Shown here: positions 16,583-24,680 of the stretch, piece by piece | How positions within the stretch are numbered: the stretch's first letter is position 1 | How the letters are laid out: each line of letters opens with the position of its first letter | Assembly: GCF_000092105.1 (NCBI RefSeq) | Contig: NC_014148.1 | Location: forward strand, 3,600,001-3,632,000 | DNA length: 32,000 nucleotides | Source: Planctopirus limnophila DSM 3776 | GTDB taxonomy: Bacteria; Planctomycetota; Planctomycetia; Planctomycetales; Planctomycetaceae | Direction: 5' to 3' | Position numbers and translations under genes: made by a program | Notes under the pieces: model-generated | What the model was told of the DNA's origin: nothing | The model's input: only the letters and a program-made list of their open reading frames with translations | Database searches by the model: none

Positions 16583-17371
16583 ATGACAAGCTTATACCGA
16601 ATCGCTAATCCGAGGGCGACCTCCAGCGAACATCAGGCTTCAAGCTGCTGTTGTACAGTTGGCAAAAACACTTTGCATGCCGTCTGCCTTCGATGTGGAA
16701 AACCTGATCTTCCCACCGAAAATGGCCGCGTTCGGTGCCCGAACTGCCAATTCGTACTCACTCAAAAACGTTACGACAAGCTTCTAAACTCTGGTACTCA
16801 AATAGTATTATATGGTGTAAAATACAGAATTGAATACGAGGCACAAGTTGCCACTCGCGGGGATCTCTTCCGTAAATACGCATTGCGCGACCCCACGATT
16901 ATTGAAGCTGCCGTTGCCATAATAGTATCGGGAATTCTCGGAAATGTTGCGTACGATCTCACAAAGACAGCGCTGACGACACTATACACCCAACTAGTCA
17001 AGCGACGTCAGAGGCGAAAGAATAGTCCATCCGATCGCACAATAAGCTCCGAAGATCTAAAGTTCCTCTACAAGATGATTGGCAACGAACCGGAGTATGC
17101 TAAACAATTCATCGATTACTCAAAAGACTACGTCAATGGTCGCAAATCTCCAATAACGGCCGTCGCACGCGCATGCGAAGAAGAACGTGTCTTTAATCAA
17201 TATGCAGACATTTTAAAGAATGACCCACAGATATATGTCTTCTCAAGCCAAACTGGTCGGTGCTTTCATCGGAAAGAATGCCACGCCATTACCTCACCTA
17301 GAAAGCGTATCCGACTCAAAAAAGCATTACTAACTCCGCTGTTACCGTGCCGCAGATGCAAGCCATTGTGA
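16583..17371 (+). CDS. Hypothetical protein with an N-terminal zinc ribbon, a central hydrophobic segment and a C-terminal Ada-like Zn-binding motif
   Basis: The first motif is CLRCGKPDLPTENGRVRCPNCQ (CxxC-x14-CxxC). The hydrophobic stretch is IIEAAVAIIVSGILGNVAY. The C-terminus reads CFHRKECHAITSPRKRIRLKKALLTPLLPCRRC (FH-x3-C...PCxxC). GC is low: by hand count 23/60 at 16801-16860 against 36/60 at 13001-13060. The start is taken at the ATG at 16583; the tracked start is 16472. Confidence 0.6.
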   Translation: MTSLYRIANPRATSSEHQASSCCCTVGKNTLHAVCLRCGKPDLPTENGRVRCPNCQFVLTQKRYDKLLNSGTQIVLYGVKYRIEYEAQVATRGDLFRKYALRDPTIIEAAVAIIVSGILGNVAYDLTKTALTTLYTQLVKRRQRRKNSPSDRTISSEDLKFLYKMIGNEPEYAKQFIDYSKDYVNGRKSPITAVARACEEERVFNQYADILKNDPQIYVFSSQTGRCFHRKECHAITSPRKRIRLKKALLTPLLPCRRCKPL

Positions 17372-17378
17372 AATAACT

Positions 17379-17412
17379 CCGTAGTATGGCAGGCTCCCGC
17401 CTGCCGATTTTT
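17379..17412 (+). terminator. Hairpin-motif copy B: intrinsic terminator GGCAGGC-TCCC-GCCTGCC followed by GATTTTT
   Basis: A perfect 7-bp GC-rich stem (17388-17394 pairing with 17399-17405) with a 4-nt loop and a T5 run at 17408-17412. It lies 17 nt after the stop of the zinc-ribbon ORF and is preceded by the same CCGTAG as copy A. Confidence 0.65.
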
Positions 17413-17703
17413 CCCTTATCCACTGGAGTTGCACATTCACCCTTAAGCCAACCTTCTTACGTTCGCAGGGTGGCGACGGTTGATGTTCCGATTTCCACCG
17501 GGGTGGTGAAGCCACTGGAGGTCTCCGGTAGGGCTGTAACAGCAACGAACTCCTCTCTGAGAACCTCAATCCCGAAAGCCAAATTCCCGCCGATCCCAAC
17601 CATAAAAGACCGTTTGATTGCAAAACAGCGAAACCCTGGGGTATCGGCTGAAAATCTGGACTTAAGGGATGCAACGGGCTATCTTGATAGGAGGAGAATC
17701 ATT

Positions 17704-18081
17704 ATGGGCCAGCCAGTGACATTATCAGATGAACTTGTAGACGATGCCCGTGCTGTCGCTCCGGGCTCACAACGAAGTATTGCTGAACAAATCGAGTTCT
17801 GGGCAGAGCTAGGGAAATCGATTGAACCCTGGCTCACTGGAAATGGAGCACCACAAGGGCGCTCGGAAACTGTCGCACAAACGCTCTCCAACCGCGTTTC
17901 AGAGGTCAGCTCTCCGTTGGGTCGTCAGCGAGTTTCCGAAACTTTGGCCCAGCGGCCCTATCCCCACTATGAACCTGTCAAAGATTCGCCCGAACTTCTG
18001 CGGCAAGTTCTTGCTGACGGCAACAGAATTGTTGGAAAATTTGATGGCCGCGAGTTCATACCCATCAAGGCTGACCATTGA
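17704..18081 (+). CDS. ParD-like type II antitoxin (125 aa)
   Basis: The N-terminus MGQPVTLSDELVDDARAVAPGSQRSIAEQIEFWAELGKSIE matches my recollection of the ParD-like antitoxin family. GGAGGA lies 6 nt upstream of the ATG. The stop TGA overlaps the downstream TTG start (TTGA). Confidence 0.78.
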   Translation: MGQPVTLSDELVDDARAVAPGSQRSIAEQIEFWAELGKSIEPWLTGNGAPQGRSETVAQTLSNRVSEVSSPLGRQRVSETLAQRPYPHYEPVKDSPELLRQVLADGNRIVGKFDGREFIPIKADH

Positions 18082-18641
18082 ACTGGCCTTTCGACTTCCT
18101 TGATCAGCGGCCGATTGTCATCGCCTTGGCTGGCCCCAACGGTGCTGGTAAATCGACATTCTATGACAGCTTCCTGGCGGACTTTGGCCTGAGATTTGTC
18201 AATGCCGACTTGCTGGCAAAGCAATTGAATCTCGCGGCCTATGATGCTGCCAACCTGGCGTCCTCTCTCCGGACCTCCCTGATTTTACAGCGGGAAAGTT
18301 TCGTCTTTGAAACTGTGCTTTCGGATCCCGTTGGAGAGAAAGTTGACACGCTTGCCACTTATCAGCAACTCGGCTACACCGTCGTCTTGATCTTCATCCG
18401 AATCGGCAGCCCGGAGGAATCCATCCGGCGAGTGGCCATGCGTGTTAGCCAAGGAGGACACGATATCCCCGACGACAAGCTGCGGAGCCGCTTCGAGCGA
18501 ACCCAGGCGAACCTGGAACGTGCCATCCTTCGCCTGCCCCATGTGATCATCTTCGACAACCACGACTTAGCCAGACCCTACCAGTTGGCCGAGCTTTACG
18601 AGCACGGGCAAAGCGTCCTCGACAAGCCCAAACATCCATAA
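18078..18641 (+). CDS. Zeta-toxin-like P-loop kinase (COG4185-type ATPase), putative toxin
   Basis: Walker A is VIALAGPNGAGKST and the Walker B-like motif is SFVFETVLS. HDIPDDKLRSRFERTQANL is typical of this family. The TTG start is translationally coupled to the antitoxin. Confidence 0.82.
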   Translation: MNWPFDFLDQRPIVIALAGPNGAGKSTFYDSFLADFGLRFVNADLLAKQLNLAAYDAANLASSLRTSLILQRESFVFETVLSDPVGEKVDTLATYQQLGYTVVLIFIRIGSPEESIRRVAMRVSQGGHDIPDDKLRSRFERTQANLERAILRLPHVIIFDNHDLARPYQLAELYEHGQSVLDKPKHP

Positions 18642-18656
18642 CCCCGCTTAATCATC

Positions 18657-18677
18657 GGCAGGCCCCCACCTGCTTTT
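18657..18677 (+). terminator. Hairpin-motif copy C (GGCAGGCCCCCACCTGC + TTTT) between the toxin gene and a convergent lipoprotein gene
   Basis: The stem is GCAGG/CCTGC with a 6-nt loop, followed by TTTT at 18674-18677. The same motif occurs in copies A and B. The downstream CAACC...TCTTACGTTCGC (18678-18703) repeats 17449-17466. Confidence 0.55.
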
Positions 18678-18709
18678 CAACCGCAGGCTCGTCTTACGTT
18701 CGCCCGGCT

Positions 18710-19168
18710 CTACTTCTTCACCGGCTTAGGAGCCGCTTTGACATCAAAGTCGAACTTGCGGGATCCTTCCTGGGTGACTTCGGCGGTGATGGTGGTGGCT
18801 GTATTGTAGGTCGCGGGGATGGCTTCTTCGACCACATCGACCACGGGGCTGTCGGGCGTATCGTACGACTTCTTCTGGCCGATGACGCGAGGAGCATTGA
18901 TCTCCACACGCTTCGAACCATAAGGACTGGAGAATGAATAAGCCCCGTCTTTGATTTTCCCGCCAGCCACCGGGCCTTTCCCGTCAATGGGTGCGAACAC
19001 AATCGAGCCGGTTTCCAAAGGCACACCATTGAGTGCTACCTGGCCGGACACGGTCGCCATGGGGGGTGCATCGGAGGAACTGCAGCCTGCACACAATGCC
19101 GCCAGCATGCTGGCCAGCCCGAACATTCGAGACATACGCTTGAGTACCATCAAATACCGGCTCCGCAT
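18710..19168 (-). CDS. Small lipoprotein, carboxypeptidase-regulatory-like fold, partner of a DUF1559 gene
   Basis: The signal peptide and lipobox are MFGLASMLAALCAGCSS, followed by VSGQVALNGVPLETGSIVFAPIDGKG. It is a paralog of 21790..22194. Alternative ATG starts lie at 19150, 19135 and 19126. Confidence 0.75.
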   Translation of the reverse strand: MRSRYLMVLKRMSRMFGLASMLAALCAGCSSSDAPPMATVSGQVALNGVPLETGSIVFAPIDGKGPVAGGKIKDGAYSFSSPYGSKRVEINAPRVIGQKKSYDTPDSPVVDVVEEAIPATYNTATTITAEVTQEGSRKFDFDVKAAPKPVKK

Positions 19169-19283
19169 CTTTCGGGAGATTGCTGCGATATGAATTCTGC
19201 CAGGCAACTTTCAAATCGGCGACTCAAACGACGTGGCCAACGATTCCAATCATCGATGCCAACCGACCATCTAGCAATTTCTA

Positions 19284-20222
<939 letters not shown>

Positions 20223-20723
20223 ACAGCCCTCCTGAAATCGACTCATACTTGGGAAAGATAAGTGTAAAAATGAAGTGATTTGCTCAAGACCCGTTACGGA
20301 GAAATTCCGCCAGAATGGGATTGAAAGGAAACCCCAATGGATCAGTTTCTTTCGGGAAATGTCCACTAACTGCCAGAAAGGCAACGACTTAGGAAATGAT
20401 TCAGCTTTTCTGATCAGCCAAAATGCTGTTGATATGTTGAAAAATCAATATGCAGGCGATGGCACGATTTTGCAAGCTGTAATTTCTCTCGCAAAGTCTT
20501 TTGTGACAAGGCGCAAAATATCTCAATTTAAAGACAATAAATCACAATAAATGATTTTTATGTGTTGATTTGACGACATTTTTAAGCAAATATGAGTGGA
20601 ATCACTCTCTGGTATTGATTTTCCCCGATATGTTTCGGCGTCTGGAGACACTTTAGCATTGCTGCGGTGTTCACTACCCATTCCCTTCCAGTTCCTCTCT
20701 GATCAATCCACGAAAGGCCTCTT

Positions 20724-21683
20724 ATGAAAACCAGGCAACAGGCCGGTTTTACGTTGATTGAATTGCTGGTGGTCATCGCCATCATTGCGATTCTCATTGC
20801 GCTGCTGCTCCCCGCGGTGCAGCAGGCGCGGGAAGCAGCCCGCAGAACCCAATGCCGGAATAATCTGAAGCAATTGGGGATCGCCATGCACAACTATCAC
20901 GACACCCACAATACCTTCCCTTTTGGGAGTATGGCGCAAAGTTTGAATACGGCAGGAGCGGGCGGCCCGGGGGCCATGTCCTGGATGCCCATGATTCTCC
21001 CGTACATGGATCAGGGGCCACTTTACAACCAGCTCACACCGTGGATGGTCGCCAAGAATTCGGCCAACTGGCCCAGTGCCTTGATGAATACCATCATCCC
21101 CGGCCTGTCATGCCCTTCGGATCCTAACTCACCCAAGGAGACTTCGGTCCATGGCGTGGAAGCCACTCCAGGAGCTGATCCTCCCGATAATAATGACGGC
21201 TTCTGTGGAAACTATTTGGTCTGCTCCGGAAATGAGCAAATTACCGCTGCCAATTCGACGGCACTCAGTGGGATGTTTTTCTATCGCTCGCGCATTCGCA
21301 TGGCTCAGGTTGTTGATGGAACATCGAATACGGTCATGGTGAGTGAGATCAATCTGGTTCCCGAGCAAGCCGGTAATCGCGATTGGCGCGGCCGCTACTA
21401 TCGCTCCGACCACCTGAGCTCATTCTTCACGACGGAGTTGCCTCCCAATTCGACAAATCCAGACTTCCTGCGCACCTGCCAGGGTTTACCAGCCAGTCCC
21501 ACCTATGCTCCTTGTACAGGTTCAACCGATCCTCAATATATTTATGCCCGCAGTCGGCATACCGGCGGAGTTCATGCACTGATGGCAGATGGTTCTGGCA
21601 AGTTTGTGTCCTCGAACATCGACACCAATGTCTGGCGCGCTGTCGGCTCAAGAGCCGGTGGCGAAACCACCAGCGACTTCTAG
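20724..21683 (+). CDS. DUF1559 protein with an N-terminal prepilin-type cleavage/methylation motif and an H-x9-DG motif
   Basis: MKTRQQAGFTLIELLVVIAIIAILIALLLPAVQQAREAARRTQCRNNLKQ followed later by SRHTGGVHALMADGSGKF. It is divergent from 19284..20222. Confidence 0.9.
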   Translation: MKTRQQAGFTLIELLVVIAIIAILIALLLPAVQQAREAARRTQCRNNLKQLGIAMHNYHDTHNTFPFGSMAQSLNTAGAGGPGAMSWMPMILPYMDQGPLYNQLTPWMVAKNSANWPSALMNTIIPGLSCPSDPNSPKETSVHGVEATPGADPPDNNDGFCGNYLVCSGNEQITAANSTALSGMFFYRSRIRMAQVVDGTSNTVMVSEINLVPEQAGNRDWRGRYYRSDHLSSFFTTELPPNSTNPDFLRTCQGLPASPTYAPCTGSTDPQYIYARSRHTGGVHALMADGSGKFVSSNIDTNVWRAVGSRAGGETTSDF

Positions 21684-21789
21684 TCGCCATCAACCCTCGG
21701 CTATTCTCGACCGGAGATGCATGTGTGGCCCGTGGTCATGGGATCACGGGCCATTATTTTTGCTCGATCTCATTAGTAAAGCGGATCTC

Positions 21790-22194
21790 ATGAAGCTGCC
21801 TCACTGTTTCTCAACATCTATTCTGGCCGGGTGCCTGCTGCTGCTCTCAGGGTGCGGCGGAGTTTCCGATGCTCCTACACTAGTCGTTGTGAAGGGGAAA
21901 GTGACTCTGGATGGCCAGCCTCTCGATACCGGCAATGTGCTCTTTGTTCCCATCGATGGAAAAGGGCGAGCTGATGCCGGACCTGTAGTGAAAGGCGAGT
22001 ATGAGTTGAAATGTACGGCCGGTGAGAAGCGTGTCGAAATCACCTCACAAGTGGAAGCAGATAAACCCGCTGCCGACGGCCTTCCCGATTACAAATCTCG
22101 GATCCCCGCGAAGTACAACCGAGCCACCACGCTGACGGCAACCGTCAAAAGCTCAGGCGAAAACACCATCGACTTCGCTGTCACTTCCAAATAA
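21790..22194 (+). CDS. Small lipoprotein, carboxypeptidase-regulatory-like fold, partner of a DUF1559 gene
   Basis: The ATG at 21790 gives MKLPHCFSTSILAGCLLLLSGCGG (lipobox LSGC), followed by VKGKVTLDGQPLDTGNVLFVPIDGKG. It is a paralog of 18710..19168. Confidence 0.8.
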   Translation: MKLPHCFSTSILAGCLLLLSGCGGVSDAPTLVVVKGKVTLDGQPLDTGNVLFVPIDGKGRADAGPVVKGEYELKCTAGEKRVEITSQVEADKPAADGLPDYKSRIPAKYNRATTLTATVKSSGENTIDFAVTSK

Positions 22195-22318
22195 GGCATC
22201 TTCGCAGAACGTGACTGGATCGCACGGCGTAATGATCGCCGCGTAAGGCCGCGTTCCCGCAGGCCATGCTGACTCATCGACGTATGGCAGCGCCTATCAG
22301 TTGTGGGCATTCGTAAGA

Positions 22319-22708
22319 CTATACTGCCCCACTGCTATCGACACTTACTGCGACAAACGTGCCAGTTCCAGCTCGCGACATCAAGAACGAACTTAAAACC
22401 ATACCAAGTATTAAAAGCTGGGCAATCGCAATCACGACAATGACGGTTTTCACATACCTCAAAGCATGAGACACCTCCAATATCATTGCCAGCAGATAGA
22501 GCAATGAGAGGATGACCATCGAAGGTATGATTAGAATCGCTTTGGCGATCACGACTTTCAATGCAACAAAAACAAAGCCGTCATCGCGCGATCCGCCAAT
22601 GAGATTGGCGAGAAGCGCTCCGTCAAACAACAGCAATTGCATGATCGATAGAATACAGACAGCCAGTGTCACACCACGAAGAATCTGTGCAAAGAATTCC
22701 CTATTCAT
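22319..22708 (-). CDS. Hypothetical small integral membrane protein (129 aa, about 4 TM segments)
   Basis: The ATG-initiated ORF is strongly hydrophobic throughout (LAVCILSIMQLLLF, AILIIPSMVILSLLYLLAMIL, VIVVIAIAQLLILGMVLSSFL). It is AT-richer than its surroundings. No recognisable motif. Confidence 0.5.
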   Translation of the reverse strand: MNREFFAQILRGVTLAVCILSIMQLLLFDGALLANLIGGSRDDGFVFVALKVVIAKAILIIPSMVILSLLYLLAMILEVSHALRYVKTVIVVIAIAQLLILGMVLSSFLMSRAGTGTFVAVSVDSSGAV

Positions 22709-22764
22709 GATGATGACATTTCATTGAAGTCTTCTGACTTGTGGACACCATCGATCGCGCTGAC

Positions 22765-22867
22765 TCAATAATGATAGCGTAATTGGGCGATCAACAAGCT
22801 GTCACCTTCGATTCGGTAGACGATGCGGTGTTCATCGGTCATGCGTCGCGACCAGAATCCAGCCAGC
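22765..22867 (-). pseudogene. yoeB: C-terminal remnant of a YoeB/Txe-family toxin gene
   Basis: The reverse-strand translation is RLAGFWSRRMTDEHRIVYRIEGDSLLIAQLRYHY-stop. It aligns with the E. coli YoeB C-terminus [33 protein letters not shown]. The N-terminal ~50 codons and the start codon are missing, and the homology ends at a REP-like element. Confidence 0.7.
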
Positions 22868-22870
22868 CGG

Positions 22871-22903
22871 GTAGGGTGGGTTAAGGCTCTGCGCAACCCA
22901 CCA
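22871..22903 (+). repeat. REP-like hairpin element, copy 1 (GTAGGGTGGGTTAAGGCTCTGCGCAACCCACCA)
   Basis: It has an internal 8-bp stem, GGTGGGTT pairing with AACCCACC, and a 12-nt loop. It is the exact reverse complement of 23040-23072. Confidence 0.8.
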
Positions 22904-23039
22904 TCATATGATTTGTTATTTACGTCACACGGACATTTAGAACGACATTTGGACTATCAGCCTGTCACGGCCGTAAAGAAGAACGTCCGACTGTAGTATT
23001 TCGTGCGGTAATCGCTCATTGGATCGGGAAATTCTCATC

Positions 23040-23072
23040 TGGTGGGTTGCGCAGAGCCTTAACCCACCCTAC
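23040..23072 (-). repeat. REP-like hairpin element, copy 2 (inverted orientation)
   Basis: TGGTGGGTTGCGCAGAGCCTTAACCCACCCTAC is the perfect 33/33 reverse complement of 22871-22903. The two copies are 136 bp apart. Confidence 0.8.
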
Positions 23073-23201
23073 GCAACTTCAGGAAGACGTGGGAATTTGT
23101 TGCGAGTCAGGAAGAACACGCCCTTTCGCAAAGCCTCCAGGGACGTGCCACTCAACTCGATTCGCGATCAACTCACGACCAACCATCAACCCACCACTCC
23201 C

Positions 23202-24647
23202 CTACCCTGTAATCTTCACATACGGATGACCCTCGTTGAGCGTGGGGCGTTCGGGGCGGCCTTTGTATTGGTAGACGAGGTCCATGTGGCCCAGGCCCAT
23301 CAGGTGGAGGATCGTCGCGTGCAGGTCGTGGACGTGCATCTTCTGCGAGACCGCGTGCAGGCCCACTTCATCCGTCTCGCCAATCGTCTGCCCGCCAGCA
23401 ACGCCGCCTCCCGCCATCCACATCGTGAACCCCGTCGGGTTGTGGTCGCGGCCGTTCCCCTGTTCGCTCATCGGTGTGCGGCCAAATTCGCCTCCCCAGA
23501 TGACCAGCGTTTCATCCAGTAGCCCCCGCGCGGATAGATCTTCCAGAAGACCCGCCACCGGCAAATCCATGGCTTCACACAGCGACGTGTGATTTTTCTC
23601 GATCCCCGAGTGAGCATCCCATTTGCTGCCGGCTCCATGATAGAGCTGCACAAAGCGCGTCCCCCGCTCGACCAGCCGCCTCGCCAGCAGGCATAGTCGG
23701 CCATAGGAAGCGGTTTCCTTCCGGTCGAGGCCATACAGCTTTTGAGTCGCTTCGGTCTCTTCTCCCAGATCAATCGCCTGAGGGGCTTCGGCCTGCATGC
23801 GGAAAGCGAGTTCATAGCTTTCAATGCGGGCATCCAGTTCGGTCTGCTGGGGATGCCGACCGGCGAAATCGCGATTCATCTGATTGAGAAAAGCGAGCTT
23901 CCCCTGCTGCTGGCTGGCGGTTTTTCCCGCAGGGGTCATCAGGTTGGGGATGGGATCCTGCCCCCCTTCAATCCGAATCCCCTGATAGAGGGCCGGCATG
24001 AAACCAGCACTCCAGTTGCGCGGCCCGTTGACCACCTGCGAGACATTGTCCTGCATGACAACAAAAGCCGGCAAATCGGTGTTTTCTGTCCCCAGGCCGT
24101 ACGTCACCCAACTACCGAGAGAAGGCCGCCCTCCGAGGATCGAGCCGGTATTCATCTGGCACACGCCCGCCGAATGGTTGATCCCATCAGCCCAGCAGGA
24201 GCGAATGACGGCCAACTTGTCGGCGTGTCTGGCGGTATGTGGCAACCAGTCCGAGACCCACAGACCCGATTCTCCGTGCTGAGCCCACTTACGCTGCGAA
24301 GCAAGAAGTGGAGCACTGGCTTCCCCCATGGCGGTGATAACTTTGCCGAAGCTATCAGGCAAAGGCTGGCCCGCCAGCTTGTTGACCAATGGCTTCGGGT
24401 CAAACGTATCGAGATGACTGGGGCCACCCTCCATAAAGAGGAAAATGCAGCTCTTCGCCTTCGGAGCAAAATGGGGCAATCGCGCAGCCAGCGGTGACTT
24501 AACCCCGCTCGATGGTGCACTCGCCGTCGAGGCGGCCATTCCCTTCGATGAGAGCATCGAGGCCAGTGCGAGGCTTCCAAAACCCATCCCGGCACTCGCG
24601 AGAAGATCGCGGCGGCTGACTGGCTGATCCTGACGATGGCAGAACAT
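23202..24647 (-). CDS. DUF1501 domain protein (sulfatase-like fold) with a Tat-type signal
   Basis: The Tat-like N-terminus is SRRDLLASAGMGFGSLALASML. Conserved blocks are CIFLFMEGGPSHLDTFDPKP and WGGEFGRTP...GRDHNP. The first ATG is at 24647; the tracked 24674 start is TTG. This is the canonical partner of the upstream PSCyt/DUF1553 gene. Confidence 0.92.
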   Translation of the reverse strand: MFCHRQDQPVSRRDLLASAGMGFGSLALASMLSSKGMAASTASAPSSGVKSPLAARLPHFAPKAKSCIFLFMEGGPSHLDTFDPKPLVNKLAGQPLPDSFGKVITAMGEASAPLLASQRKWAQHGESGLWVSDWLPHTARHADKLAVIRSCWADGINHSAGVCQMNTGSILGGRPSLGSWVTYGLGTENTDLPAFVVMQDNVSQVVNGPRNWSAGFMPALYQGIRIEGGQDPIPNLMTPAGKTASQQQGKLAFLNQMNRDFAGRHPQQTELDARIESYELAFRMQAEAPQAIDLGEETEATQKLYGLDRKETASYGRLCLLARRLVERGTRFVQLYHGAGSKWDAHSGIEKNHTSLCEAMDLPVAGLLEDLSARGLLDETLVIWGGEFGRTPMSEQGNGRDHNPTGFTMWMAGGGVAGGQTIGETDEVGLHAVSQKMHVHDLHATILHLMGLGHMDLVYQYKGRPERPTLNEGHPYVKITG

Positions 24648-24680
24648 AACAACGCCCTCTAAGGGGATCGACAAAATTGA

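Noticed and set aside
17386-17703. A 106-codon in-frame N-terminal extension of the antitoxin ORF (tracked as 17386..18081)
   Set aside because: The extension begins inside the terminator hairpin and T-run and has no SD. The family-typical N-terminus MGQPVTLSDEL starts at the ATG at 17704, directly after GGAGGA.
20275-20550. 91-aa ORF in the AT-rich divergent intergenic region
   Set aside because: It has no SD, its composition follows AT-rich non-coding DNA, and it occupies the expected promoter space of two divergent genes.
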